From an uncultured Desulfatitalea sp. (GTDB lineage Bacteria > Desulfobacterota > Desulfobacteria > Desulfobacterales > Desulfosarcinaceae), in the NCBI GenBank assembly GCA_963668675.2, contig CAXXMB010000001.1, positions 64,001 to 128,000 on the forward strand: 64,000 nt of DNA, given 5' to 3'. Shown in pieces: positions 38,348-49,272 of the stretch. Numbering within the stretch: position 1 is the stretch's first letter; each line of letters opens with the position of its first letter. Made by a program: the position numbers and the translations under genes. The notes under the pieces are model-generated. The model saw nothing but the letters and a program-made list of their open reading frames with translations. It was not told the origin of the DNA and did no database searches.

Positions 38348-40069
38348 ATGAAAGTCGGAGATAAACTGGCAAAGTTGCTAATGGAAAATGGGGTAAGATA
38401 TGTATTCGGCGTTCCGGGCGGACAAACCCTGCCGCTGTACGATGGGATCAGGAAACTGGAGGGGCGCATCGAACACGTCGTGATGCGTGACGAGCGCAGT
38501 GCCGGGTTTGCCGCGGACGCCTATGCACGCTTGACCAACCGGGTCGGTGTCTGCGATGCCACCGTGGGACCCGGGGCGACCAACCTGGTTTCACCACTGG
38601 CCGAGGCCCACTGCTCGTCCATTCCGCTGATTGCCATCATCTCCGATATTTCGAGGTCCTGGGAGCATCGCCGTATCAGGGGCAACGCCTCGCAGGCCAT
38701 CGAACAGCTCGACATCTTCCGGACCGTCAGTAAATGGCAGGTCGGCATCAATGATCCAAAGGCTCTCGAGGGTACGGTCGATGCGGCATTTCGCGTTGCC
38801 ACGAGCGGCAAGCCCGGACCGGTCGTCATTTCGGTGCCGGAGGATGTGGGCGCGACGGATTTTGATTTTCGGGATCGACGGAACGAGCGGGAGGGAGCGG
38901 TGTACCCACGCTCCTTCTCTGCACCGGACCCGGAAGAGATCCAAACGGCAGGTCGCATGCTCATGCAGGCCAAGAGCCCTGTCTTTGTGGTGGGTGGCGG
39001 GGCGCATATCTCAGGCTGCTACGATCAACTCAAGGCATTGGCCGAGCAGGTCAACGCGGCCGTCATCACTACTATTTCGGGCAAGGGAATCCTGGAAGAG
39101 ACGCACCACCAGGCGTTTGGGGTAACCGGTTCCTTCGGCAACCCCATCGCAAGGGACGTTATGCAGGCGGCGGATCTGGTCTTTTTTATCGGCTGCAAAG
39201 TCGGGCAGCTGACGACCTTCGGGTATCGCCTGCCTTCCAAGATCACTCCGGTTATTCATCTCGACGCCGACCCTGAAGAGATCGGACGCAACTATCCGGA
39301 TAGCATTCCCCTGGTTGGCGACGCCCGGTTGGGATTGAAAGCGCTTATCGACGTTACGCGAGGCCAGAAATCGTCTGCAAGCTGGAATTTCGATGCCTAC
39401 GCGCAGAAGTACCAGTTATGGTACAAGAATATCACTGCCGATCCATTTGGATCCGAAGGCGCTTTAAGGCCCCAAGCTGTCATGGCCGCCGTGAACCGCG
39501 TACTGACTGGCGACGATCTGTTGGTGTGCGATGCCAGCCTTGCCTCGGGATGGGCCGCGGCCTATCTTCAGCTCCCGGCAGCCGGCCGAAAATACCTTGC
39601 CCCCAGGGGGCTGGCTGGCCTGGGCTGGGGATCTCCGGCGGCCATCGGTGCCGCCTTGGCATCCGGAAAAGAGAAACGGGTATTGCAGTTCGCCGGTGAC
39701 GGCGGTTTCGGCTATTCGGTTCAGGAGCTGGAGGTGATGAATCGCCTGAAACTGCCGGTTGTCGCCCTGGTGCTCAACAACAGCGTTTTCGGATGGATCA
39801 AGCATGTTCAACGGGATTTCTACGACGCGAAGTATATATCTACGGATTTCGCAACGGTCGACTTTGCAACGGTCGCCAAGGGGTTTGGCGTCAGAAGTTA
39901 CAAAGTGAAAAGCATTGAGGAGTTGGACCAGGCCCTGTTATTGGAAGAATCGCCCCAGGGACCGGCGGTTATCGAAATCATATCCGATCAATGGGAATCA
40001 CCGGTGATCAAATTGAAAAGAGACAACGCCGACCTTCGGAAGCAGCGCAAAGGCGCCTACGGCGCATAG
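38348..40069 (+). CDS. thiamine-diphosphate-binding enzyme (acetolactate synthase-like)
   Basis: Motifs FGVPGG, RDERSAGFAAD, GPGATN and the TPP motif GDGGF...NNS. Confidence 0.9.
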   Translation: MKVGDKLAKLLMENGVRYVFGVPGGQTLPLYDGIRKLEGRIEHVVMRDERSAGFAADAYARLTNRVGVCDATVGPGATNLVSPLAEAHCSSIPLIAIISDISRSWEHRRIRGNASQAIEQLDIFRTVSKWQVGINDPKALEGTVDAAFRVATSGKPGPVVISVPEDVGATDFDFRDRRNEREGAVYPRSFSAPDPEEIQTAGRMLMQAKSPVFVVGGGAHISGCYDQLKALAEQVNAAVITTISGKGILEETHHQAFGVTGSFGNPIARDVMQAADLVFFIGCKVGQLTTFGYRLPSKITPVIHLDADPEEIGRNYPDSIPLVGDARLGLKALIDVTRGQKSSASWNFDAYAQKYQLWYKNITADPFGSEGALRPQAVMAAVNRVLTGDDLLVCDASLASGWAAAYLQLPAAGRKYLAPRGLAGLGWGSPAAIGAALASGKEKRVLQFAGDGGFGYSVQELEVMNRLKLPVVALVLNNSVFGWIKHVQRDFYDAKYISTDFATVDFATVAKGFGVRSYKVKSIEELDQALLLEESPQGPAVIEIISDQWESPVIKLKRDNADLRKQRKGAYGA

Positions 40070-40565
40070 AGACGCCAAATGAAACTTTAATGCAAAGACG
40101 GATTAAGGCGAGAGATTCTTGATGCCCTAAGCTATGAATGAATCGAAGACCGGAAAGCTGCTGAGCACCGCTTCATGACTCTGCGCGGTTTGGTAAAACT
40201 TCTGGCGGACCAGGGCCTCTTGCAGCGAAGATGGCGCGAAACGTACTGGATGTTTAGCAGCATGTGGAGTTCATTGTCCGTGAATTGGATGGCATGGGGC
40301 GGAAGTTGAAATCTATCGGTACGTTGCGGGAAAATCGGGTGGACACGACAACAATTGACCACCATCTGTCTGGCCGCAGCACTTCCCTAATATCTTGGTG
40401 GATCCTCGGCAGGGTTTTCTTGGTGCCGCTTTATGTTTGCGCACGCTTCCAAATTTCAACGCTGCGTATTCCTATCTCAGTCGAATTATAAAAATGACAA
40501 AGATTTATTATATAGCCAATTTAATTCGATAACTTAAGTAAATTATCCCGCTCTATTGAAGGCAT

Positions 40566-40580
40566 TGACAAAAATTGTCA
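40566..40580. promoter_or_regulatory. candidate activator (UAS) palindrome upstream of the pil cluster
   Basis: TGACA-AAAAT-TGTCA in an AT-rich region about 250 bp upstream of a sigma54 motif. Confidence 0.45.
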
Positions 40581-40826
40581 CCCTCTGGCAATTAATTTAA
40601 TCAAATTTGTATTCGCTTGAATATTAAATGGTTAAACATTGACAATGCACTTGGAACGATTTGCTCGGTTAGGACGCCTAAAAAAAGTTAATAGTGCATA
40701 CAGGATTGAGTTCCTATATATTCGCCTTCCAATCTTTGTCGGCCGACGTTCTTTCTCTTTCATCATACTGAATATATGGATCTATTTCAGGTAAACCATC
40801 CTGGTAAAACGTTCATCTCTATAGCA

Positions 40827-40842
40827 TGGTATGTTTGTTGCT
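40827..40842 (+). promoter_or_regulatory. sigma54 promoter of the minor pilin operon
   Basis: TGGTATGTTTGTTGCT matches TGGYAY-N5-TTGCT. Confidence 0.65.
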
Positions 40843-40988
40843 GTATCCAAGCTCATTCAAGGTTAGCGCTGTTATCTCTGTTTTGGAATATAAAAACCAG
40901 CCGGTTAATCGGATGTAGTAAGGGTTTGGCTGTCTGAATAGGAAAGAATCAACTCGGTTTTAGACCAAAGCTAAGGAAAGTGGAAAAC

Positions 40989-41519
40989 ATGAAGCTATCA
41001 TTGCCGCTTGGCTGTGGGGCTCCAGCAAAGCTCCTGAGGAAAAGATCTAAGGGGTTTACACTGGTAGAAATGATAACCGCGATGACAATCATTGCAGTTG
41101 TTCTTACAATTGCAGCTCCGATGGTTGGCGAATATTTAAGGTCGGTAGCCCTGAAAGATGCTGTCTATAAGGTAGTCGGAGATCTGAATGTAATTAAATC
41201 ACAAGCCATTAAGACCCAGGTCGGCTGCCAGATCAATTTCGACAATGCCAACCATCAGTATACCCTTTCAAATCCAAATCGTACCATGGATTTAACTGCA
41301 TATCGGGGCAATGTAAGGTTTACCGTCAACCCAGCTGGTGCTGATGACTTCTCACTTGTGATCGGTATATCACCTAGGGGAATTTCCGATTTAGTCCCTC
41401 CTGCGACGACACAAGTGTATCTGACCAACCAGGACAATCGTATCTTTCGAATTGAGACTTCGGCAGCTGGCGCAGTCACCTTTCGCGAATTTAATTCTGC
41501 TACAAATAGTTGGATATGA
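40989..41519 (+). CDS. fimU: type IV minor pilin FimU/FimT-like
   Basis: Prepilin site KGFTLVEM, hydrophobic helix, KSQAIK. Alternative GTG start at 40980. Confidence 0.82.
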   Translation: MKLSLPLGCGAPAKLLRKRSKGFTLVEMITAMTIIAVVLTIAAPMVGEYLRSVALKDAVYKVVGDLNVIKSQAIKTQVGCQINFDNANHQYTLSNPNRTMDLTAYRGNVRFTVNPAGADDFSLVIGISPRGISDLVPPATTQVYLTNQDNRIFRIETSAAGAVTFREFNSATNSWI

Positions 41520-41531
41520 CAGGAGCGGGAC

Positions 41532-42437
41532 ATGCATATCAATAAAGACCATAGGCCATTGGCGAAATTGAACAGGGCCGGTTTCACTTTAATTGAGCTG
41601 GTCGTCGCAATTGGTATTTCATCCATTTTCTGCGCGATTTCGCTTGCGGTGTTCAGCGACGTTCAAACCAGCAGTTCCCAACAGGTTGAATTTAATATGC
41701 TTCAACAAAATCAACGCGGCGTGCTGGCAATCATGGAACGAGAGCTGAGGATGATCGGAATGGATAGAAATCCAGATCCTGTCAATGATCTTGAAACATT
41801 CAGGGTAATGGATGTGCGTTGGTATGGTATCACCGCGCCTGGGACAATATCTGTGCCTGATAACACGGCTCCTTTTGGAAGTCCGGCGCTGCAGTTTACT
41901 GCGGATTTGGATAACGATCTGACCGTTGACGCAGACGAGACCATCACATACTTGCTCTATGACCGGGACGGCGATGGCGACCCGAATGTATTTGACCTGG
42001 CGCGAAGCCAGACCAATGCCGGCACCGGTCAAGTGGCTGGCCGACAGATTTTGGTTGAAGGTGTTCAGGCCCTGGAATTCGCCTTTGCTTTCGATGCTGA
42101 CGATGACAACCAGGTCGATCGTGCGGTTGTCGTGGCCGGCCAACCGCCGGCCATTGTTTGGGCAATGGATTCAAACAACGACGGTCTTCTGGATTCAGAT
42201 TTGCTCGGTGCTGGTTTAAATACATATAACTATGAAAATGGCGGAGCTTTTCCCGCAACCGTGCGACCGCAGGATATTCGTGCTGTTCGGGTCTGGATCC
42301 TGGGACGGTCCCTGCGTCCAGACAGAAATTATCTGGATGAGCATCAATACTCAGTGGGGAGCAGGGTGCTTGGACCATTCAATGACAATTTCAGGCGTTG
42401 GCTGATCAGTGAGATCATCCACTGTCGAAATTTGTAG
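41532..42437 (+). CDS. pilW: type IV minor pilin PilW-like
   Basis: Motifs AGFTLIEL, QQNQR...RELRMIG, IRAVRVWIL and C-terminal CRNL. Confidence 0.85.
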   Translation: MHINKDHRPLAKLNRAGFTLIELVVAIGISSIFCAISLAVFSDVQTSSSQQVEFNMLQQNQRGVLAIMERELRMIGMDRNPDPVNDLETFRVMDVRWYGITAPGTISVPDNTAPFGSPALQFTADLDNDLTVDADETITYLLYDRDGDGDPNVFDLARSQTNAGTGQVAGRQILVEGVQALEFAFAFDADDDNQVDRAVVVAGQPPAIVWAMDSNNDGLLDSDLLGAGLNTYNYENGGAFPATVRPQDIRAVRVWILGRSLRPDRNYLDEHQYSVGSRVLGPFNDNFRRWLISEIIHCRNL

Positions 42438-42482
42438 TAGATGCTTTTTTAAAGAAGGGTTCAAACGCAAGGAGAAAACACA

Positions 42483-42902
42483 ATGTTCAGCGAACTGATA
42501 AAGAATCGTACGCTGGGAAACAGTCGAGGGTTCACACTGATCGAGGTCGTGGTGGCCATGTCCTGCTTTATGGTCATCGCTCTGGCAACCTTTAAAATGA
42601 CAATGAGGGGATGGCAGGCCACCGAGTTTTCCAAGTCAAAAACCGAAGCGGCTGTTATGGCTTCGCAGCATCTTGAAATGCTTTTCTCAGAGAAATATTC
42701 CAGTGATCAAACTGCTGGAATGAGCCAAAGAATGGTAAGTGGTGTCCATAATTTTTCAGACAACGGATATGACGTTACTTACACCATAGTAGATGATGCG
42801 TTGCTGCCGGACTCAAAATTTGTCCAGATGACGGTGCGTCCCGAACATAATAGCAGCACCAAAGGGGTTGTGTACAATTATCTGATACCAATGAGAAAAT
42901 AG
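42483..42902 (+). CDS. pilV: type IV minor pilin PilV-like
   Basis: Motifs RGFTLIEV and EAAVMASQHLE; position in the cluster. Confidence 0.8.
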   Translation: MFSELIKNRTLGNSRGFTLIEVVVAMSCFMVIALATFKMTMRGWQATEFSKSKTEAAVMASQHLEMLFSEKYSSDQTAGMSQRMVSGVHNFSDNGYDVTYTIVDDALLPDSKFVQMTVRPEHNSSTKGVVYNYLIPMRK

Positions 42903-42911
42903 GAGAATAAG

Positions 42912-43535
42912 ATGGGACGATGTCTTTCGACAATAAATAACAGTCATGGATCGGCCATGGTCGTAGTGGTCATGCTACTTCCGGTTTTGACACTTCTGGT
43001 CGTGTTTGCCCTAAATACCGGTACCCAGAACATTGCTGTCACAACAAACGATGATTGTCACCGCGACGCCCTCTACAACTCCGATGCAGCAATATATGGG
43101 ACTTCAAAACTGATATCCTTGATCAATAAGAGTGAGGCGCGAGATGAGGTCTCCGGCGGTACAAGCGGCGATGCGCCGGGAGTCCAATTTTATGACTCTT
43201 CTGGGACTTTAGGCGATGACGGCAGCTATTTTGTTACCATGGCCATCAGCGAAGAGTCACAGGCCACAGGCGACGATCTCGAATTTAAAATGGTAGATGC
43301 TGTCAACAACATCGGCATCAAAAGCAAGGTAGATATCAGAAAATTCCGTGGCGAATCACTTGGAGGCGGGGGAGCTGAGTTCGGCAGTGCAGCCGAAGGT
43401 CTGGGCGCGCAGCTGAACATCGTCCGATATGAAATACGATCGCAAGGTCAGGGCAATTGCATCAACACTATCTTGCCTGTGAGGGGTGAGTATATTTTTA
43501 TCGCCTCAAAGGCCGGACAGACCAAAGGCATATAA
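42912..43535 (+). CDS. pilX: type IV minor pilin PilX-like
   Basis: HGSAMVVV (no Glu5), ALYNSDAA and YEIRSQG; directly before pilY1. Confidence 0.8.
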   Translation: MGRCLSTINNSHGSAMVVVVMLLPVLTLLVVFALNTGTQNIAVTTNDDCHRDALYNSDAAIYGTSKLISLINKSEARDEVSGGTSGDAPGVQFYDSSGTLGDDGSYFVTMAISEESQATGDDLEFKMVDAVNNIGIKSKVDIRKFRGESLGGGGAEFGSAAEGLGAQLNIVRYEIRSQGQGNCINTILPVRGEYIFIASKAGQTKGI

Positions 43536-43622
43536 AAAGAAGATTGGAATCATTTTCTAAGTGGCATCTGATAATTGAGCGGATCCAGTGCTGCCGTGAA
43601 GATAATACAAAGAGGTGCAATC

Positions 43623-46600
43623 ATGGATAGAACCAAAATAACAGTTTTTATGCTCGTATTACTATGTGGCGTGCTGGGTGTTCTCGTTGCAGCGGCCCCG
43701 GTTTCTGCCGTTCCTCCGGATAAAAGCATTTACGACGCCTATCCGCCTTTTATGAGCAACAATCCGCCTCCACTGGTCATGCTAGTCATGGGCCGCAACC
43801 ACAAGCTTTTCTATGAAGCATACAACGATGCTTCTGACCTCAACCAGGACGGCGTGTTAGACACGACCTACAAGCCGGACGAGATCGACTACTATGGCTA
43901 TTTCGACTCATTCAAATATTATGAATATGTCGGGACAGGGGTGGACGGCCAGTTCGAACCGGTCGGTGCCGGTATCGGCAGCAATGGAAAAATGAAGCCC
44001 GCTGGGAACTATTGGAGTGGGGATTTTTTAAATTACCTCACCATGTCCCGGATGGACTGTATGCGCAAAGTGCTCTATGGCGGGTACCGAGTGGTGGATA
44101 CGGCTACGGAAACCGTCCTCGAGCGGGCATACATTCCTCAGGATGCCCATTCCTGGGGCAAGGAGTATGAAAGCATTACCCGCGACGGATATGATATTTA
44201 CGATTATACTCCCCTGTTAGAGCCCCAGTCTACGCCGGTACAGTTGAGACACATGTTTGCCTCAACCTCTTTGTACGAACGAACCAACACGAATTACAGG
44301 CCTCTGTTGCGTGTGCTGCCCAACAATCCCCACCGAATATGGGAGTGGGTTGCGAAAGAGAGCCCTGTGGCAGACAACTCGCTTGAAACTGGCGGCAGCG
44401 GAACATGGATGGCTGTTCCTGGAAGTACAACAGCGGGTATTAGCGGGGTCACCCGGTCGTTTTATGACTTTACGGGTGGATATCATCCAGCCGACAATGC
44501 TGAATTCGATAGTATCGTCTCTACCTTTGCCACAGCCGGCAACCATCAGGGAACCGAAAACGTTACCGAGATCAATGGCTCTGGAGATCCTTTTGATGCT
44601 GATGGCAACTACTACCTCACGATCTTCAACGGTACATTGAACATTCCTACGACCGATACCTATACCTTTTCCGTGGATGGGGATGATGCGGTAGAGTTCC
44701 TGATTGATCTTAACAGTGACGGCGATTTTGATGATAGCGGCGAAGTGGTAGTTGGGTGGTACGGCGGCCACGGTGAATGCGGATGTAATAATTATGACGG
44801 TAGCATCACGTTATCCGCTGGCAGTTACGCCTTTCAATTCCGACATGAAGAGCTTAGCGGTAGTGACAGCTACTATCTGCGTTGGAATTTGGGCACCCCC
44901 GCCAGCACCATTACCGATTACAGGGTGCGTGTCAAAGTAGCAGATGCCGCTCTGCCGGAAGCGACAAACACCAAGCTCTATCCCAATGGCAATTACAAAC
45001 CGACCGGTTTGCTGCAGCGCCATGGGGAGGCCAACACCATGTACTTCGGACTCCTCACCGGATCCTACAACAAGAACATGTCTGGTGGTGTGCTTCGGAA
45101 GAATATAACTTCGTTCCAGGATGAAATTGATCCAGATACCGGCGTATTTACATCCGTAAACGGGATTGTGGGGACACTTGATAGAATAAGGATCACCGAG
45201 TACAGATATGCAAGTCATAGTTACGACACAGGGTGGGTCACCGGCCGTCCGATGGCGGAGACTGAGTTCCCCGATTGGGGCAACCCCCTGGCAGAGATGA
45301 TGTATGAAACCTTGCGATACTTCGGCGGCGAATCGGGGCCGTTACCTCAATTTAGAAGCAGCACTATGCCGGAGGACGACGCCCTCGGGCTGCCAAACGA
45401 ATCCTGGACCAACCCCTACAGTTGGTCTGCATATTGTTCCAAGCCGTTTATCCTGGCCATAAGTGATATTTACCCGACATACGATTCAGACTATCTGCCT
45501 GGATCTGAATTTGGCTCTGTAGGGTCCAGTTCTGTCGGGGCTGGTGGTACGCTGGATGTCTCTAGTATCGGCGATCTGATATTTTCCCAGGAACTGGCCA
45601 GCGGTGATCGCTTTATAGGAGAGAGTGCCGCGACCTCGGACGGTGCCTGCACAGCCAAGAGTGTAAACGGATTCAGTGACATCCGCGGCTTGTGTCCGGA
45701 AGAGCCGACAAAACAGGGTAGCTACTATTCGGCGGCCGTCTCCTACTATGGCCACACGGAAGATATCAGCAGTGCCCAAGAGGACCAGAAGGTCCGCACC
45801 TACGCGGTCGGTCTGGCATCGCCGCTACCCAAAATAGAGATTCCGATTCAAGGCCAGATCGTCCGGTTGGTCCCTTTTGCCAAATCGGTGGCCAATTACG
45901 GTATCGTCTCAACAGGTGCATTTCAGCCTACCAACACCATTGTCGACTTCTTCGTCGAGACCATCAGCGACCACTATGGCCGTTTCAGGATCAACTACGA
46001 AGACGTTGAGCAAGGGGCCGATCACGACATGGATGCCATCGTTATCTATGAGTACCAGTTGATCGACAACAATGGCAATCCGGTAACTGCCGCAAATATC
46101 AACGATGCGGTTGCAGTGAATATCACGCTCACCTCAGAATACGCATCGGGAAGCATCATCCAGCACTGTGGTTATATTATCTCCGGCACGACCCGGGATG
46201 GAACCTATCTGGAAGTGAAAGACTACGATACGGGGTCAGGCGCAGATTATGATTACCGATTGGATACCCCGCCGGGCGTATGGTCCGGAGACAGCGGCTG
46301 GAACGACGGGGTCGATCTGCCGTTGCAAACGACGCGGACCTTTACGGTGAGTCCCACCGGAGGCGTATCCGCTGCGTCAATCCTTCCCAATCCGCTTTGG
46401 TATGCCGCCAAGTGGGGCGCTTTTGAGGACCAGAACAACAATGGGGTTCCGGACAATCAGGACGAATGGGACAAGGATGGCGACAACGTACCGGATACCT
46501 ACTACTATGTGGTTAATCCACTCAAGCTGGAGCAACAGTTGAACAAGTCTTTTGCCGATATCCTCGCCAACACCTCGTCCGGTACAGCAGCGGCTGTTGT

Positions 46601-49163
46601 GGCCAACAACAGCGAGGGCCAGGGAACTATGATTCAGGCCTTTTTTAAGCCGAGCGTCGTGACACAGGATAATAAAGAGCTTTCCTGGTTGGGTTATCTT
46701 AAATCCCTATGGGTAGATCAGTTCGGCAATCTGCGGGAAGACACCAACCAGGACTTTCAGTTCAACTTCGACACGGATAGGATCGTTGAATACGGTACGG
46801 ACGGCAACGGCAATGTCTATGTCAGGCGCTATACCAATCACTATCACTATGATGCGGCCAATCAGTATGATGCCAACTGCGTGCTCACGAATTGCACAAC
46901 GTCCTACGATACAATCGGTATAGAGGAGATCGAAACACTGTTTGCTGCTGGTGAAATGCTGCATCAGCGCGCCGCCTCAGACCGGAAAATTTTTACATTC
47001 CTGGATGGGGATGGGTTGGACAATGACGGCGATGGCGATATCGACGAGTCGGGAGAGATACAAGGTGTCAAGATTGTCGGTGAAGTCTCCTCTCCCTATG
47101 GTGATACGTTTGATGACACCACAGGGGAGTTGGTCGTCTTCGATACCTCTGTTGCAAGCCGCCTGAAGCCGTTTTTAGGACTGCTGGACGATACCTCGTT
47201 CAGTTATCTTGAAACCGGGGCGACGCCGGATCACGATACCCGCGTTGATAATTTAATCCACTATATTCGTGGAGTAGATTCGGACGGTTTGATCGGCAAT
47301 CCGCCGACCCGTAATCGTACCTTTGACAACAATGTATGGAAACTTGGGGATATCGTACGATCGACGCCGGTTAGTATCTCCGGCGCTTTGGAAACCTATG
47401 ATCTGGTTTACAGCGATCTTACTTATCTTGATTATATTCGAAAGTACGTTGACCGTGAGACGGTGGTATACACCGGTGGAAATGACGGTATGCTGCACGC
47501 CTTCAGCCACGGCCGATATGTTTTTGATGAGAACACTAATCTCTATGGATATGAAGTCGTTGACGGAGATCCCATCGGCACGGAAATTTGGGCTTACATT
47601 CCGCAGGCGCTTCTGCCACACCTGAAGTGGCTGGCCGATCCCAACTATGGTCACTCCTTTTACGTCGATTCCAAACCAAAGGTGTTCGATGCAAGAATAT
47701 TCCAAGAAGATGACGAGCACCCGAACGGTTGGGGTACCGTCCTGCTGGTCGGCCTGGGAGCTGGAGGAAAGCGGGTGTGGGCGGAAGGTGATTTCGATGG
47801 CAACACTTCAACGGCGGACGTCTACCGATATTTCAACCCAACCTATGTCTGCATGGACATTACCAATCCACGCAAACCGAGGTTACTGTGGGAACGGTCG
47901 CACGAAAATCTGGGTATGACAACCTCTTTTCCGGCAGTGGTTCAAGTCGGAGCCGAGTACGATAGCTCTAACTACACTTGGCAAAATGGGTCATGGTATG
48001 TGGTTTTCGGATCGGGGGCCCACGATGCGTCCGGTAAGACAGACTACAGTGGGTATAGCGACCAGAACGGCTACATCTTTGTGGTCGACATTAGAACCGG
48101 TGAATTGCTTCGCAGATTCGATACCAATCTGCCCGAAGCTGTTATGGCGACGGCAGCCAGCCTGGATAAAGGCTCGGATGACGGATCGGGTCCGGTCAAG
48201 GGGCTCACTTATAATGTAGATGCAATTTACATCGGCGGTGCCAGCTACGACAGCGGAACGAGCATGTGGAGCGGTAGCATGTTTAAAATAAATACGCGCT
48301 TTACCGACACTGTCCCAGAGGTCGACCCCGATGATTGGAGTCTCTCAAAGCTGTTCGATTCCGATCGGGCGATTACGGCCGCTCCGGCAATCAGCGTCGA
48401 CTCATTGGATAATGTGTGGGTCTATTTCGGTACCGGCCGATTCGAGGAGATGGCCGACAGGGTAACCACAGAGCAAAATTACCTCTATGGCATCAAAGAC
48501 CCCTATTTCAATAAACACTATGATTCATCCAATGGGGTAGATTACAACGGAAGAGGCGACTATTACCAGAACAACGGAACGACCGTATCCCCCCTTACAA
48601 GGAGCGAGTTGTTCTATGCCAATCCTTATGTCTCCTACGATACAACGGGGGCTATCGATGTGTTAGCCGGTGGACTGCCAAGGATCACGAGTTGGGATGC
48701 CCTACTTGGCGCCGTTCGTAACACTGAGGATCAAGGGACCTATTCCGACTATTTTGACGGATGGTATCGCGCTCTGGATCCGACACCTGTCGGAGCGCCA
48801 TCGGAGCGCATCATCTCCAAACCCGCCATACTAAGCGGTATTGTTTTTACACCGGTCTATGTGCCGGATGATGATATTTGCGGTTTCGGTGGCTCAACCG
48901 ACACTTATGGCGTTTATTATGAAACCGGAACCGCATTTTGGCGACACATCTTCAACGCCGATACGGCAGCAGAGGGTAGTGCGGTCGCCTATCGCATGGG
49001 AACGATGCTCAACACCGGTCCACCACCTCCGACGGTAAGTATCTCCATCGGACGGTTGACCGGCGCCAAGCTTTTCTTGCAGACGGGTACCGGCCCGATC
49101 CTCGGGTTAGATGTCAAGATCCCTTCTGTTAAAAGCGATGTCCACTATTGGGAGGAAGAATAA
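43623..49163 (+). CDS. pilY1: PilY1-like type IV pilus tip adhesin with PA14 domain
   Basis: Signal peptide, HKLFYEAYNDASD and PA14-like YTFSVDGDDAVE...HEELSGSD. C-terminal beta-propeller motifs WKLGDIVRSTP, GGNDGMLHAF, EIWAYIP and VYFGTG; several DxDxDG loops. Confidence 0.92.
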   Translation: MDRTKITVFMLVLLCGVLGVLVAAAPVSAVPPDKSIYDAYPPFMSNNPPPLVMLVMGRNHKLFYEAYNDASDLNQDGVLDTTYKPDEIDYYGYFDSFKYYEYVGTGVDGQFEPVGAGIGSNGKMKPAGNYWSGDFLNYLTMSRMDCMRKVLYGGYRVVDTATETVLERAYIPQDAHSWGKEYESITRDGYDIYDYTPLLEPQSTPVQLRHMFASTSLYERTNTNYRPLLRVLPNNPHRIWEWVAKESPVADNSLETGGSGTWMAVPGSTTAGISGVTRSFYDFTGGYHPADNAEFDSIVSTFATAGNHQGTENVTEINGSGDPFDADGNYYLTIFNGTLNIPTTDTYTFSVDGDDAVEFLIDLNSDGDFDDSGEVVVGWYGGHGECGCNNYDGSITLSAGSYAFQFRHEELSGSDSYYLRWNLGTPASTITDYRVRVKVADAALPEATNTKLYPNGNYKPTGLLQRHGEANTMYFGLLTGSYNKNMSGGVLRKNITSFQDEIDPDTGVFTSVNGIVGTLDRIRITEYRYASHSYDTGWVTGRPMAETEFPDWGNPLAEMMYETLRYFGGESGPLPQFRSSTMPEDDALGLPNESWTNPYSWSAYCSKPFILAISDIYPTYDSDYLPGSEFGSVGSSSVGAGGTLDVSSIGDLIFSQELASGDRFIGESAATSDGACTAKSVNGFSDIRGLCPEEPTKQGSYYSAAVSYYGHTEDISSAQEDQKVRTYAVGLASPLPKIEIPIQGQIVRLVPFAKSVANYGIVSTGAFQPTNTIVDFFVETISDHYGRFRINYEDVEQGADHDMDAIVIYEYQLIDNNGNPVTAANINDAVAVNITLTSEYASGSIIQHCGYIISGTTRDGTYLEVKDYDTGSGADYDYRLDTPPGVWSGDSGWNDGVDLPLQTTRTFTVSPTGGVSAASILPNPLWYAAKWGAFEDQNNNGVPDNQDEWDKDGDNVPDTYYYVVNPLKLEQQLNKSFADILANTSSGTAAAVVANNSEGQGTMIQAFFKPSVVTQDNKELSWLGYLKSLWVDQFGNLREDTNQDFQFNFDTDRIVEYGTDGNGNVYVRRYTNHYHYDAANQYDANCVLTNCTTSYDTIGIEEIETLFAAGEMLHQRAASDRKIFTFLDGDGLDNDGDGDIDESGEIQGVKIVGEVSSPYGDTFDDTTGELVVFDTSVASRLKPFLGLLDDTSFSYLETGATPDHDTRVDNLIHYIRGVDSDGLIGNPPTRNRTFDNNVWKLGDIVRSTPVSISGALETYDLVYSDLTYLDYIRKYVDRETVVYTGGNDGMLHAFSHGRYVFDENTNLYGYEVVDGDPIGTEIWAYIPQALLPHLKWLADPNYGHSFYVDSKPKVFDARIFQEDDEHPNGWGTVLLVGLGAGGKRVWAEGDFDGNTSTADVYRYFNPTYVCMDITNPRKPRLLWERSHENLGMTTSFPAVVQVGAEYDSSNYTWQNGSWYVVFGSGAHDASGKTDYSGYSDQNGYIFVVDIRTGELLRRFDTNLPEAVMATAASLDKGSDDGSGPVKGLTYNVDAIYIGGASYDSGTSMWSGSMFKINTRFTDTVPEVDPDDWSLSKLFDSDRAITAAPAISVDSLDNVWVYFGTGRFEEMADRVTTEQNYLYGIKDPYFNKHYDSSNGVDYNGRGDYYQNNGTTVSPLTRSELFYANPYVSYDTTGAIDVLAGGLPRITSWDALLGAVRNTEDQGTYSDYFDGWYRALDPTPVGAPSERIISKPAILSGIVFTPVYVPDDDICGFGGSTDTYGVYYETGTAFWRHIFNADTAAEGSAVAYRMGTMLNTGPPPPTVSISIGRLTGAKLFLQTGTGPILGLDVKIPSVKSDVHYWEEE

Positions 49164-49186
49164 CGCCCAAAATATGCTATAATAAT

Positions 49187-49219
49187 GCCCAAAGAGCCTC
49201 CTTTAGAGGCTCTTTGGGC
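49187..49219 (+). terminator. hairpin after pilY1 (probable terminator)
   Basis: GCCCAAAGAGCCTC-cttta-GAGGCTCTTTGGGC (14-bp stem), with a weak U-tail. Confidence 0.6.
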
Positions 49220-49272
49220 TTCACTGTTATTCAAAAACAGCTCTTTTGTGATAGACCTACTCAACATATGCC

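Noticed and set aside
40080..40491. Short ORFs or possible degraded gene after the TPP enzyme
   Set aside because: Several stops and no recognisable motif; cannot be supported.
40651..40666. TGGAACGATTTGCT as a sigma54 promoter
   Set aside because: GG-GC spacing is two bases short.
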